The notes under the pieces: model-generated
The model's input: only the letters and a program-made list of their open reading frames with translations
Database searches by the model: none
What the model was told of the DNA's origin: nothing
Made by a program: the position numbers and the translations under genes
Assembly (NCBI GenBank): GCA_013265495.1
Contig: MU058748.1
Location: 248,001-312,000, forward strand
Direction: 5' to 3'
Origin: Vicugna vicugna
Taxonomy: Eukaryota
DNA: 64,000 nucleotides
Part shown: positions 50,600 through 63,675 of the stretch, in pieces
How positions within the stretch are numbered: position 1 is the first letter of the stretch
Layout of the letters: each line of letters starts with the position of its first letter

Positions 50600-50927
50600 A
50601 AGTGATCCTCCAACTTTTTGGGCTGTAGTCATAAAATTATCGAGGAGCCCAAAAAGCCTTTGCTTATGGGGGTTATATCTATTGATACCACCCTGTTGGA
50701 AACGAAAACTGAAAATTTTAAACACAAAAACACACAAGTAATATGGCACTAGACATCAGAGCAACAATGCCATCACAACATATGTAGCCTCTGGAAAACC
50801 CCATGGACCACATGAGAAAATGAGAGTGAAAATGGCTAAGAATGTACTAGTGTTATTTGGAATAGCGTTGAACTCTCAGATCCCAGGAAAGACTCAGGGG
50901 TCCCTGTACCAAATTTTAAGAACTGTT
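50600..50927 (-). mobile_element. Charlie1-derived non-autonomous hAT element
   Basis: AAAATTATCGAGGAGCCCAAAAAGCCTTTGCTTATGGGGGTTATATCTATTGATA...TGTAGCCTCTGGAAAAC...TGAGAGTGAAAATGGC...TTTAAGAACTGTT. Confidence 0.75.
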
Positions 50928-51165
50928 TTCTTCCATGATTATCTTACATGTCTCTGCTCAATGATTCTTCTTTCCATGGAGCATAGATTTTTATTTATGT
51001 TTAGAGAACCTACTAGAAGGATTTATTCATGGTGAATATTAGATGAATGAAGGTATTGCTCATGTTAATACCATGCAATCATTCCATAAATTATGCCTTG
51101 GGATAATTACACATTTAGCTAAATTTTAAAAATATCTTCTGTATATTTGTGGGAATCATACAGTT

Positions 51166-51327
51166 ATAGCACAGGGAAATATACACAAAATGTTATGATA
51201 AATCACAGAGAAAAAAATGTGACAATGAGTGTGTATATGTCCATGAATGACTGAAAAATTGTGCTGAACACTGGAATTTGACACAACATTGTAAAATGAT
51301 TATAAATCAATAAAAAATGTTAAAAAA
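51166..51327 (+). mobile_element. Young L1 terminal ~160 bp with TSD
   Basis: Matches 43408-43570; TSD ATACAGTT at 51158-51165 and 51328-51335. Confidence 0.92.
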
Positions 51328-52169
51328 ATACAGTTTTATACTATATATACTATACAATATGTGTACAGTTGAATATACACATACAGAGATCGATGTAGTT
51401 TTATAGGTACAGACCTCATGGTTGCCTAAGTTCAGGTGGTTTTGGAGATCCCTGAGGACCACTGTCTCAACAGGCAGAGTTCCTTTGTGCACAATATGGC
51501 AGCTGATTCTCTGCAATGCTTGGGGAACACGATGTTTTTTGATCGAGGCTTTGAATCCTGCTTTTTATGGGCCCGTTTCCACCCTCTTATGTTGCAGCTG
51601 TGTCCTGTAAACACTAGCCTTTTACCAAGACGATAAAGAAGGGGAAGGCTCTCCATTGACTGTCTCCTCTTCTGCTTTAACCCATGCATTTGTTGCTCGT
51701 TTCTTTTCTCTGAGGTTTTCTATTCTCTCTGTGGTTTTCTTTAATACATCCTTCAGTGTAAACTGTTTTTAGATATTATCTTGAAGAACTCAAAAGAAAT
51801 ACAGTTAATCTGTGAGGTTTAGACATGCTCTATGCAATCCCATATCCCGAAGATCTCTAAACATAAAGCACATTTGACAGAAATCTAATAAAGATAGTAA
51901 AATTTTCTCTTAGGAAATATTTACCAATCATTACTGTGTTTCAATCTTGACACAAAGTATCAAGTAAAATTGCAATTGCCACCTTATTTGCCACTTTGAT
52001 TTTTGTAGCAATCCCTAAAATTTATTATGGAGTAAAATTCTTGAATTGAGGAAAGTTGACACTCAAAACTTGATACGATGAAGTTTAACTTATAATTTAT
52101 AAGATTACTTTGCTTGCTACATTAAATAATAGTAACATAAGTAAAATAATACATTTCATTTTTATCCAT

Positions 52170-55100
52170 TTTCACTTTTTAGTATATACCATAAATGCAA
52201 AAAGTGTACAAATTCAATATTTACAACTTAGTGATTTATTACTGAGAGAACAGCCCTGTAACAACGCAATGTTCCACACACTAGAGACCATCTTCATACC
52301 TGCCTTCCAGTGCTCTCCTTTTTCCCTTTCCTGAATGGCAAAGAAATCACTTCTTTGGTTTTTCCATTTACAAACTAAATATTCAGTCCTTTAAAGTATG
52401 GTTTAGTTTTGCGATTTTGTTTTTAACTTTCCATAAATATAAGCATGTAGAATATATTGTTTTGTGTCTGCCGCCTTCTTTCATGGCCATATATTTGTGA
52501 TAATTATCCTTGCTATGAATAATTCTAGTTTTATTTTATTATAGCAACACACAATTTGTATTGCTATATGCCTTTCAGTTATATCCAGTCTATGTTCAAT
52601 GGTCAGTTGGGTTCTTTCAGTTTGTGGTTATTATGAATTACATTGTCATGATCATCCTTGTACATGTCTCTTGGTGTATATGAACACACCACGTTGGATA
52701 TATATACTTCGGATTAGAATTACTGAATCAGGGACAGTGCATATATCCAACTTTCCTGGATGATGATTGACTGTTTTCTCAAGTGGTTGTAATAATTTAA
52801 AACACCCATAGGCAGCAAATGAAACTTCCAGCTGCTCCATATAACTGTCATACTTGGTATTAACAAAACAGTTTTAGATCTTTTAGTGTGTGTGTGGTGA
52901 TGTTTAATTATGGATTTCATCTTATTTTGTTATTAATGAGTTAGATTGTTCAATAAATATATGAAATGCAGATATTACATTTGGTGTGCTTTTTCAATTA
53001 GCTTGCCTATTTTCTATTTCTCTTATTGATTTTAAAATGTTTAAGTATTTTCTTGAAACAAGATATTTGCCAATTACATGTATTACAGATCTTCTTGAAC
53101 TTTGTGGCTTGCTTTTTAACTTTCTTAATGGTGTCCTTAAAAGATTAGAACTCTTAAATTTGACAGGAATACCTTTACGGTCAGTATTTTTTTCTTGAGC
53201 TGTTTAAAAATTCTTTTCCTGTCCTAAGGTCAAAAATACATTATCTTAGTATAACTTCTTAAAGCTTTGTTGCTTTGCACTTCAAAGTCAGATCTACAGT
53301 CTATCTGGAATTATGTGCATAGTTTTAGGTAGGGGTCATTTCACTTTTTACCACGTGGATATGCGATTGGCCTAGCATAAATTTTCAAAAAATTTAATGG
53401 CTTCATTTATCTTTAGGACAAATCTTGCCCTAAATCAAATGCCTATTTGTGAGTGGCTCTGATTCTGAGACTTCTCTTCTGCTTTATCTTTCCACAACAT
53501 TGCATTTCTTTATATTTGAGGGATTTATAGAAGTATGATTAGCAGTTAATTGTTAAATGTATGTGCATAATACTTATATATCTGATAAAGCAAACAGTTC
53601 TACATTATTTTTAGAGTTTCTTGGCTAGTCTCATCACGTTGGTTTTCACACAAATTTTAGTACTAGCTTGTCTATTTCCACAAATAATTATGTTGAAAAT
53701 TTTTATTGAGATTCCATTGAATCCATCTATCATTATATGTGACATTGCCATAATACTGCAGGTTCCAAATCCATGGGATTTATAGATATTTGAATTTATT
53801 TAGATCTTCTTTAGTTTCCTTCCATAAGAATTCTTCGTTTTCTAAGTGGAAAACTGGAAATGATCCTCTCTTGTTAGCATTGTTCCCATACATTTGATAT
53901 ATATTACACAATTATAAATAGTATCTTTTAAATTTTTTTATAATTGTTGTGCCTGGTATATTGAACCACAATTTTCATATATTGCTACAACAAATTTGCT
54001 AAATTTACTTTTCAGTATATTATTTTGATTTTCTGTATGTACCAACAGACTACATACAACTAATAATTTTCTTTCTCTACCATTCTTACATTCTTAAATT
54101 ATTTTTCTTCCGTCCTGCACAAAGTAGGGTCCTCAATCTATGTTGACAGAAAGTAATGATAACAGGGGCTTTTTTCTAGAAATTCTCAAATGCAAACAGA
54201 GAAATAATTCAGTATTTTCTCATGATATGCAATGTTTGCTGGTAATTTTGCAAATACCCGTATAAGATTAAAGATGTTCCCTCCTAAATCTAGTGTGCAA
54301 AAATTTTAAATTTAAGTTAGGAACAGATAATAAATTGCATTACATCTTTTTTCTAAATGTCCATATGAATACATTTCCAGTTGTCATTATGGTGAAAACG
54401 TCAATTGATACTAAAGTACTAAATCAGACTTGTGCTCCTGAATACATCCTACTTGGTTAAGATGTATTATATATATACATCTATCTCAGCGGAACTTGTT
54501 TGCTACATCTTGCTTTTAATTTTGTGTCTAAATTCATGAGAAAGACTGGCCTGCAAATAACCTGATTTCCTCATCGAGTTTTGATATCAAGGTTATACTA
54601 GGTTAATAAAACTGGAATTATTTATTAGGCCAGTTAAAATATGCTGAAAGCATTGTGTAAGATTCATGTAATTTTTTTCTCTAAGTGTGTGCTATAATTC
54701 AACCATGTTAGTATTTGGGATTCAATTTACTTTGAGGGGAGAAGATTTCTAATTACTTACTTTTTCAGGAGTTAAGCAATTATTCAGGTATTTGTTGTTT
54801 TGTCAGTTTGAGATTACATTTCTAGGAATTTGTCTTTCTTTTAAAATTTGAAATTCATTGACAACAGTTTTTTATAAATTCTTATCTTTAATGTCTGTTA
54901 TGTCTGTAGTGATAGAAAATTTGTCCTTTTGTTTTTTTTCCTTTTCCTTAATGAATCTTTCCTTAATCAGGGGAGGGGAATACAAGTTACCTCAGTTATT
55001 AATCACCCAAAATAATGAATTTCTAATGGGAGACAGAGAGAGAGCATGATCTAAACAGAAGATTTCATTAGTGAAGTAAAAAGGTAGTAAAATATAGTAC

Positions 55101-56250
55101 ACCCCAGAGGATTGGGGGTGGGCCAGTCCAAGAGAGGAAAAATGGCACTACTCCTTTGTTTTTCCTGCTTTTATATCCTGGTGTAGGGGGTGTTTGGTGA
55201 TTGACTGATTGATGAATGGCTCAGGTTCTTTGAGTGCTCAGGCTGACTGACAGCTCATGTTCCTTGTGCTCAGGCACCCCCGTCTCTTTTATGCGTATTT
55301 TCACCCATGATGCACACAGAGAAACCTATGGGAGGGTGCTCAAACTGCAGTGTTAATTACATTATAATGAGCATTGGCTCAAGTTAAGCTGGGTCCTTCT
55401 CTGTGCTGTGCAACTGCAGCGTTTGATCCTAGCCGGCTTCTTTGCTGGACTTCATTTAGAGAAAGTAGAAGTTTTTGGAGCCCCTTATCCTGAGCACAGG
55501 CATACTGTTCTTTTCTGGGTTGCTCCCTCCCCTACCTCTCCCCTTGCCTGGTGCTCATGTCTAACTGCTTAACAAGTCCAGCCTTATTTCATCATTTCAA
55601 TCTTTGATTTTGTTTACTTCCTTCATGTTTTAATTTTCTTAACGCAGCTCACCTCAAAATTTATAGAATATTTTTATATATTCCATAATTTATGAAATAC
55701 TTACTGAAATATATGGAACATTTTTCTGCATGTAGAAATCATATAATTTTCTCAACTTACATTGTTGTTATTGACTACTTTTATTGGATTTATCCTGTCC
55801 TTTTATGAATTTTTATTCTTATTTTACATATATGTCTTTGAACTCATTTAATTTACTGTTACTCTTTCATTTTTCTTCTCTGAGAATTTTTATATTTTAG
55901 GACATTTCTTCTCATGGTTACCCTACCTATTTTAACGCACACAGTCAACTTACGTAATCTTAATGCATAAATTAATGCACATTTTAATAAATAGAAGAAT
56001 GTTACTGTGCTAGAAATTTCATCACTTTCTTTGAACTCATCTATCACTTATTAATTTCTAGCATATTGATTTGACATTGTTTATTATAGTCAGAGTACAT
56101 TTCATCCAGCACATTTACCAATATCTTTATCATTATTTCCTGCATATCTGTCTTTTATATGTAGAATCGTCTTCTTTTGATCTAAAATACTTCCTTTAAA
56201 CTGTCCTTTATTGCAATTGTGCTGGTAATAAAATTCTCAGAGTTTTCTCT
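52170..56250 (-). mobile_element. Ancient L1 (L1ME/L1M-type), 3'UTR through ORF2 to end of ORF1, interrupted by an LTR
   Basis: Degenerate colinearity with L1: GTCTCTTGGTGTATATG...GGATTAGAATTACTGAATC; TTATTGAGATTCCATTGAATCCAT; GTTTTGATATCAAGGTTATACTAG; TGCTGGTAATAAAATTCTCAG. Confidence 0.8.
55027..55574 (-). mobile_element. ERV1-type solo LTR (copy A); left boundary uncertain
   Basis: Minus strand starts TGTTAAGCAGTTAGACATGAGC; TATA-like GATATAAAAG at ~55168-55177; GC-richer than flanks; homologous to copy B. Confidence 0.8.
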
Positions 56251-56272
56251 TTCTTCCTTCCCTCCCTCCTTC

Positions 56273-56817
56273 TGTTGCCCCAAAAGATAAAGACCCCAGT
56301 TCTTGTCATAGCCAAAAGACAAGTTTGCAGTGGGGAGATGGTGTGTTGTGCAGAGAAACATTTAAAAAGGTTTATTTAAGAAGAAAGGAAAAGTACACCC
56401 CCAAGAACAGGAAGCAGGCTGATCCAAAGAAGGAAAAAGCAGCAGTTTTTGCTGCCCCTTTCTCTTGTTGCCCCTCACTTAGAGGTGGTCTCATGATCGA
56501 TGGCTCTTGTCTTTGGAATGCTTAGTTATATTTGGCCCCTTTGCTCATGTCCTTACCCATGGTGTGGACAGAAAACACCATGGCAGGGGCCTAAACCTCA
56601 GTGTTAATTATAATACAAGCATTGAGGTGTGTCCGGTTAAGTCCCTTCTGCTACCGTGCAGTCATGGCTGTTGGGTTTTAACCAGTTTCTTGCTGATACT
56701 CATTTAGAATAAGTAAAGTCCCTTTATGCTGGAGGTGGACATAATGCCTTCTTCTGGACCATCCTCACTGTCCTCCACTTATCTTCCCAGTGCCCCCACT
56801 TATCTAACTACCTAACA
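56273..56817 (-). mobile_element. ERV1-type solo LTR (copy B), complete, 545 bp
   Basis: TG...CA termini (minus TGTTAGGTAGTTAGATAAG...GGGGCAACA), 4-bp TSD CTTC both sides, AATAAA on minus at ~56371-56376. Confidence 0.88.
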
Positions 56818-56834
56818 CTTCCTTTCTTTCTTAC

Positions 56835-56965
56835 TTTCTGTTTGTTATTTAGGGCTATGATCCATTTTGAGTTAATTTTTGTGAATGGTACAATGTCTGT
56901 GTCTAGATATATATTTTTTCCATGTGAATATATAGCTGTTGTCAGCATCATTTATTGAAAACGAT
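56835..56965 (-). mobile_element. Short L1 ORF2 fragment (L1MC/MD-like)
   Basis: TATGATCCATTTTGAGTTAATTTTTGTGAATGGT...CAGCATCATTTATTGAAAA. Confidence 0.75.
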
Positions 56966-56969
56966 ACCA

Positions 56970-59200
56970 TTTAGTTTATTGTGATGGAGTTTTGTTGGGC
57001 TGTCTAATCTAAGTATGTGTCTTTCAATACTTCTGGGCTTTATTTTCCATTATTCTTTAAAAATATTTCTCTTTCCCAATGTTTATAGTATAGTTTTCTC
57101 TGTCTCTGATAGGAACATGGTGGGTTTTCTCATTTTCTTGGCAATGCCTTTAAATCTGTCTGGCATACTTTGTATATTTTGTTTTTTTGTGTTGTGTTCT
57201 GAATAATATCGTCATATTTATTCTCCAGTTAACTATTTCTTTAATTAAAATCTAGTACTTAAAACATGTATTGAATTTTTGTTTTTTTGTGTTGTGTTCT
57301 GAATAATATCGTCATATTTATTCTCCAGTTAACTATTTCTTTAATTAAAATCTAGTACTTAAAACATGTATTGAATTTTTGTTTTTTTGTGTTGTGTTCT
57401 GAATAATATCGTCATATTTATTCTCCAGTTAACTATTTCTTTAATTAAAATCTAGTACTTAAAACATGTATTGAATTTAAATTTATTGCATTTTTTTACT
57501 TCTAGAAGTTTTATTTAATTTTCAAGTGGCATTGTTTTGTAGTCCCTTCATGCCCATGTTACTGAGATTATATATCTATATCTAATATCAAACATTATTT
57601 TCCAAATTGTATGTTTTATAATTGCAGCATTTGAAGCCTCTTGAGGTCTGACTTTTACATATATATTTTTATTCTGGGTCTCACTATAGTGTCTTTGGTT
57701 CTTGGATCCTTAGAGGTTGTCTACCTTGAAATGTTTATTTTTCTTAGAACTGCACTTGTGGAAATCCCTTGCCTGGATTGAAACTGTACTGCACCAGAGA
57801 GGAATTGTGATTCTTTTTGCAACGTGTAGGTGGTCATAATGACTTCTAACCACTACGACTTACATTCTATTTTAAAAAAATGTTCAGGCCATACTGAAAA
57901 TTAGAAATCCATCCTGCAACATATGAAATAGTCAGGATACAAGTTCAGTTTCTAGCAAACATCTTCTTTTCTCCTCTTCCAGGTGCCCAGTCTGAGTAAG
58001 GTGTCTTTCTTTAAGTTTCTTTATATTTGTTCTGTAGTTTCATCAAAATGCATCCAGTTGCAGATTTTGCTATTATTTCTCTTCACCAGGACTCAGTGTC
58101 TTGAGTCTGGAAAATCATGTATTTACTTAAGCAACTTTGTCAGATACTATACTTTTAAATATTTTCTCTCTTGATTCTCTCTCTTCTATTTTTGTATTTT
58201 TTACTTAAGTCTTCTAATTTTGTCTTTTCTGAGCCTCTTTTTTTCATATTTTCCATGTTTTTCTGCATTGAATTCTGGGTGATACCTTCATGTCTACCTC
58301 CCAGGTTATTTTCTTCTCTTCAGTTTTGTCTCATCTGCTCTTTGGCTTATCCATGGAGATTTCAATTTTCATTAATCTTTCCAGATTTCTAGCATTCCTT
58401 TTTTTTTAAATCTGATTTTTTAAAATTCTGAAATGAACTATATTTTCATTGTCTTTTATTCCTTTTAAAGGTTTATTTACTTATTTTAACATATTTCATT
58501 TGTTGTCTCTTTCAGATTATTTTGTTCTTTGGCGTCACTAGGATGTCATGTCTCGTGCATATAGGGCTCACTGATACTCCCCCGTGTGGGCTTTAGTTGT
58601 GAACCTGTGTTGCTTCAAGGGGCAAATTTTTCCTGTGGTAGATAAATGACTTTATTATAAAAATGTAGTCCAGCAGAATGGTTTTTATTTTGCTTCGTCA
58701 GTGCCAAGGGGATTCAATTGTCCTTGTCCGATTGTTATTTTATGTTCTCAATTTGAAACTCCTGTAACTACCCAATATCTGTACATGCTGCAGGTCAATG
58801 CTTCTGATTCTTCACTCAAGACTTCATCATATAGGTGACAATTATTTCTTACTATTGCCCACAGCTAGTGAGTCAGATATCCTCCCTTCTCTTACCTTAT
58901 CAGAAAGAGTAGTTCTTAGAAGTCTGGAGCCTAATTCTAGTGACCTTGCTTTTTATCATTCAAAAGACATCTCTTTAGTTTCTTCATGGTTGCTGGAGAC
59001 CAACCGCTTGTGCGTTCACCTCAGTATAAAGGTTTCTCTCCCCATCCTCATCTTTCTGTGAGTATTCTTTACACTTTTATCAACTGAGAATTTTCTGTTC
59101 TCTTCTTTTTTTTCCCCTTTTAAGCTGGGCTTTGCATATAAAAATAATTCTTATTGCTGTATTTTAACAGCCACTTCTGAGTGATTCTAGTAGGAGAGAG
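56970..59200 (-). mobile_element. Ancient L1M/HAL1-type ORF1 and 5' region remnants (probably two segments)
   Basis: T-rich degenerate ORF1-like sequence, e.g. TTCAATACTTCTGGG...CCATTATTCTTTAAAAAT and TGCATTGAATTCTGGGTGAT...CCATGGAGATTTCAATTTTC. Confidence 0.55.
57177..57478. repeat. Perfect tandem triplication, 100-bp unit
   Basis: GTTTTTTTGTGTTGTGTTCTGAATAATATCG...CATGTATTGAATTT begins at 57181, 57281 and 57381 with no mismatch. Confidence 0.98.
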
Positions 59201-59749
59201 GTCTGTCCAAAAAGCTTGCTCAGCTCTTTATGTTGGAGCACTCCAGTTTGACATTTTGAAGAGCTTTAAGCTACAATTATTGAAAACTTTTAAAAAGTGC
59301 ATTGTTGATTAAAGTTGCATTGATAAGAAATAATCTTAAAGAGAGCAGAGAAACAAGAACTGTTGAATCTTTCACATTTTGGAGCAGTTCAGATAATTAA
59401 AAGAGTAAGGTAGACATAAGAAAGAAAATGGCCACTATAGGGGAAAATGCCTATAAGAACCTGTAAACCTCTTAATTTCTTTGATATAGAAAATACATTT
59501 GTGGTTAAATTTAGGGGAAAAAAATAGATGAACTAAAATGTAAACTTACTGTGACAAATTTCTATTCCAAAGACTTACTTGAAAATTAGATTATTTAATA
59601 TTAAATCATCTTTTGAAATGTATATTGCCATGGGATTTGGTTACGGATATAGGATTGAGTTTGTAGAATAGAATAGCCTGAAGGGAGAACACAGTGCACT
59701 TGGAAAACTGAATGGGGAAGAAGAGAAAAGAACATTTTAAAAAGACAAT

Positions 59750-59990
59750 AATAATGTAATCATATAACAATATTTGTTACGATTTTTGAATCATTGCTTT
59801 GTGGCTAGTGAGGTTAAGTGCTTTATGTATATTAACATATTTAATCATAACTCTATGAGTTAACTCTTAAATGTTCCTACTTTATGGATAATGAAATTAA
59901 GGCTCAGTTTCCTCCCCCACTACCTGCCCAGGTTCCCAACTAGTTGACATGGAGCCAGTACTTGGTTAAGATCTTGATAAGCACAGTTGT
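59750..59990 (-). mobile_element. MIR SINE
   Basis: TAAGTGCTTTATGTATATTAACATATTTAATC...TTTATGGATAATGAAATTAAGGCTCAG...CTGCCCAGGTTCCCAACTAG. Confidence 0.75.
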
Positions 59991-60177
59991 GAGTAGGTAT
60001 TAGTGCCATGAGCAAAACTAGTCCAGTTTTGTGGAAGAGCTGGTTTATACAGTAAAGAGGATCAATTATGTCTAGAAACACAGACTTAGAAGCTAGTAGG
60101 ATACGTAAGTTTGAGTCTAGAGCTTGGGGCAAAGCTGCTTGTGAGAATGACACTTATGAGTAATAATCAGAACAATA

Positions 60178-60415
60178 TTAACAATTAATTTATTGAGTAT
60201 TAACTATATTGCAGGTACTATGATAAGGAATTTAACACATATATGTTCTCATTTTCAATTTAAAATAGCATTATGGAAAACATATTATTGTTCCTATATT
60301 AGAGAAAAGGAAACTGAGCCTTAAGAATAAGTAATTTGCTCAAAGAACAGTGCCAAAAATTAGAAAAGGGAGTTAGAATCCTCTGTATTTGACTTGAAAG
60401 CGTGCTCTTAGTCCC
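60178..60415 (-). mobile_element. MIR SINE
   Basis: ATTTATTGAGTATTAACTAT...AGGAAACTGAGCCTTAAG...AAGTAATTTGCTCAAAG...TGACTTGAAAGCGTGCTCTTA. Confidence 0.8.
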
Positions 60416-62531
60416 TTCATATAATCTGCCTCTATTTGCATAGATCCCAAAACAAAAATAGGCTCCACCCACAAGTGGACTTAGTAAAGGTTGTGAAAAC
60501 TTCAGACATGATTGATTTTTTAAAGCGTTAATTGGAAGCAATAACAATTCTGATGAACATTCTTAATATTCTGCAACTGATTGAAAATTCACCATGCTCT
60601 CTCAGAAAATATTAGGAACTAGAATTTGGCAATTCTAGAGATTTTATTTATAGATGTTAAGATTTGTGCCATTTACAATGTTCTGAAAATAATTTCTATG
60701 TAATTCTAGACTTAAAATAATAAGTAATTAAAGTTATCAGTGTCTTAATTATGTCATGCCAAGATACGAGTTTACTCAGAAAGTAATTCCAGTGGGTTTG
60801 AGAATGGGTGCTCTAGTTGGTATTTAGTTTTAAGGTTTTTTTAATCACCTGGGCCAATATTGTTAATTTAGTTTCATGTTCATTTGTGTATATACTCTAC
60901 TTCCTTAATTTTAAATATATAGAAAATGGAAAACTCTGAATCATGTAGTATTTTCAGAGAACAATTTTAGATCTAACTTTTCTGTGACTCCTGTTGTTGA
61001 TAATCATTTGGCATTTCTGTGGAAATATTGCAGAGTTCATTACTACTGGGAAGTATTGTATGTGCAGATCAAGATTTTTTACTTTTCTGCAAATCAGTGT
61101 AATCACAAGCATAGTTTAGGACCAAATACATCAATGGCGGGGGCTGTGATGAGTGCAGAATAAAAAATAATACCATGCCACATTATCACCCTAATGTAGT
61201 TGTGCCTGGGAGATGGGAGAACTAATCTGAGAGAAAGGAGACCGAAGATAGAGCACAGGTGAGACTATTCATTAGCTAAATAACTTTGACCTATCATCTT
61301 TGAAAATACCTTTCAATAAGGCTTTTTCTTCTATAGCATGTGAATTAATACCGTATAGCTTTTAAATTATATCTAACAAATTCTGCTTTATTTCCTGATT
61401 GTTTCATTTTATACATTTGTATTTATAAACATTTTGCAAAACTCCTGAAATTCTCCATGAATAGAACAGTTTTATAATGTAATCTAAGAAAAATAGCAAT
61501 TTCTAGTTGTGGCTAGCCTGGCTTTAGAAATTCAGGTAAATTCTCCTATATTGTCAGACATTATCTTCTATTAAAAGAAAAAATTATACGTACTTCACAA
61601 ATTATGCACATGTACATGCTAACAAGATTAATTATTAGTCTGGAAGTTAGACTACTGTTTCTGGTCTTTAAACAGAAGGCATATTAAATATGCTGTGGTT
61701 ACAAATGAACAAAATATATAGGTGCATCAATTTTATAAATACATACAATGAGTCACCAGGTATTTATAGTGAATGTTTCTTGATGCTTGATATTTTATCC
61801 AATTATTTTAATTCATTGAAAAACAATATTTAGCAATACAGTAATTTTACTCTGAATGTCATCATTGTGCAAAATATTAAAAATCTTCTATTTTAATATA
61901 GAATTTCTCCTCTGTAATTTCTGTAAATAATTTTCAAGAGACACATTATAGAAACTCAATAAACTTGAGTGGGGAAAACATAACAGCTATTTAAGATAAG
62001 AATCTATGGGGGGGGCAGTTAGGTTCTGTTTGCTGTGCTTTATTTAAGAACTAAACAGTTTTTTTCCAAATGTAATACTGAGTTTTTAATCTATTGGGAG
62101 TGACTGTACTTAGAGTGCAGTTTAAAAAAACTACAATTACTTGAGATTTTCTTCTTCCTCTGGGAACTCTGGAAGATATAAAGTGATTGAAGTCATGGTG
62201 GCAAAGCCAGGAAATGGGGGATAGGAAGAAATAGCTACAAACTGTTAGCTCAGTCAGTTACCTGGAATTTTCTCCCATCATGGTGAGGGCCAGTTTCAGG
62301 AGAACTCTCTCTTATCTCAATTATCTTCTCTTGCCAATTATTATTTTCTTCTTCCCCACTAGTTTTTACCCTCTGTCCCACGATAATCACTGAATTAGGT
62401 CTCTATTAGAGAAAAATGTAGAAAAGGAAAGGAAGCTATAATACATAGCATTTCAGAAAGAGGCTTTTCCCAGGGTGAGCACAGACAGTAACATGCTGTC
62501 TATCACATCAAAATATGAATTCCTACACACA

Positions 62532-62800
62532 GCCAGGTGGTTAAGAACCTAGGAAATGATTAGTGACAGAATACACCTGGATTCAGATCTGTATCTGCTA
62601 CAAACTGGTAGTACATCATTAATTCAGTAGTTTAAATTAAATAAGCCTCCATTTCTTCTAATCTAACTGGAAGATGATATTCCTAATTTGTGAAAATGAT
62701 GTAGAGATAACACGAGATTATGTCCTGGGTACTTAGCACAACACTTGGACAGAGTATTTACCTACGACTGGTAAAGGCAAGTGTAAATGTCATTATCAAC
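62532..62800 (+). mobile_element. MIR SINE
   Basis: GTGGTTAAGAAC...CCTGGATTCAGATC...AAGCCTCCATTTCTTCTAATCT...GTACTTAGCACAACACTTGG. Confidence 0.7.
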
Positions 62801-63577
62801 TGTATTCTAAAAAAATGTACATTGTAAAAAAAAAAAAAAAGTCTCCAAGTGATTGATCTCCCTTTTCCCTGTTCCCTACACTGTCTACCTCCCACATTGA
62901 AAGTCATTTCTTTGTATATAGAACACCAGCAGTGTATTTTTATGGGTATATATTATTTATTTCACTCAAATTCAATGATATGACATATTTTTCAACATAA
63001 TTGGTCCAATTTTATCCAGGTCCCTTAAATTTAATTAGCCAGCATAAATTATTCCATAAAACTGCCTATATAAACACAATAGTCTCAGGTATAACATTTT
63101 ATAGCAGGATGTACAGTGTAATAAATCAACATATAGTAAATAACCTAAAGAAATATATAAAGAGAGATCCATTTATAACTTGGTCAACACCACTTGGAAG
63201 TTTCTATCTACCTATTAATTCAAAGACTAATTGCTCACACGTTAGAGAGCAAAGAGGTCACCTTCAAAACTTTTAGAAAATGGAACCTTGTATTTTTACT
63301 GTTGTATGTTTTAAGCATCTATTCTGCCCCCCCAGGGGGAAACCTTTTGACAGAATCATCTATTAAGATGTCAGTTCTACAGAGTTTAGCTTCTAAATGG
63401 TTTTCTAAGCAGAGATTGATTTGAAGTTTTGGATTTCTAAAGACTAAAAACAACCTGTATTTTCGTTAATTCCCCACTTATCAAGCCTCTCAACCCAGAG
63501 CTGTAGTAAAGAAGGGACCTCCTATAGTGGAAAAGGGGCTGTTTGCATGGTATTCAAAATTCATGATTTGTAATGGT

Positions 63578-63675
63578 TTGAGATCAAGTTCTGTGAAGGC
63601 AGGAGTTTTATCCCTTTTGTTCTCTGATGCAGCCCCCACCACTTGTCAGTATTCAATAAACATCTGTTGAATTAT
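63578..63675 (+). mobile_element. L2 3' terminus
   Basis: AAGTTCTGTGAAGGCAGGAG...TTGTTCTCTGATG...TATTCAATAAACATCTGTTGAAT. Confidence 0.7.

Noticed and set aside
57177..57478. Considered as a CRISPR-like array
   Set aside because: Head-to-tail identical units with no unique spacers; mammalian context
57960..58001. Strong plus-strand acceptor TTCTTTTCTCCTCTTCCAG/G
   Set aside because: Lies in antisense L1-like pyrimidine-rich sequence, with no convincing exon or donor
63322..63345. CTCF/EBF-like CCCCCCCAGGGGGAA
   Set aside because: Lacks the conserved 3' C(A/G)C of the CTCF core; single short match
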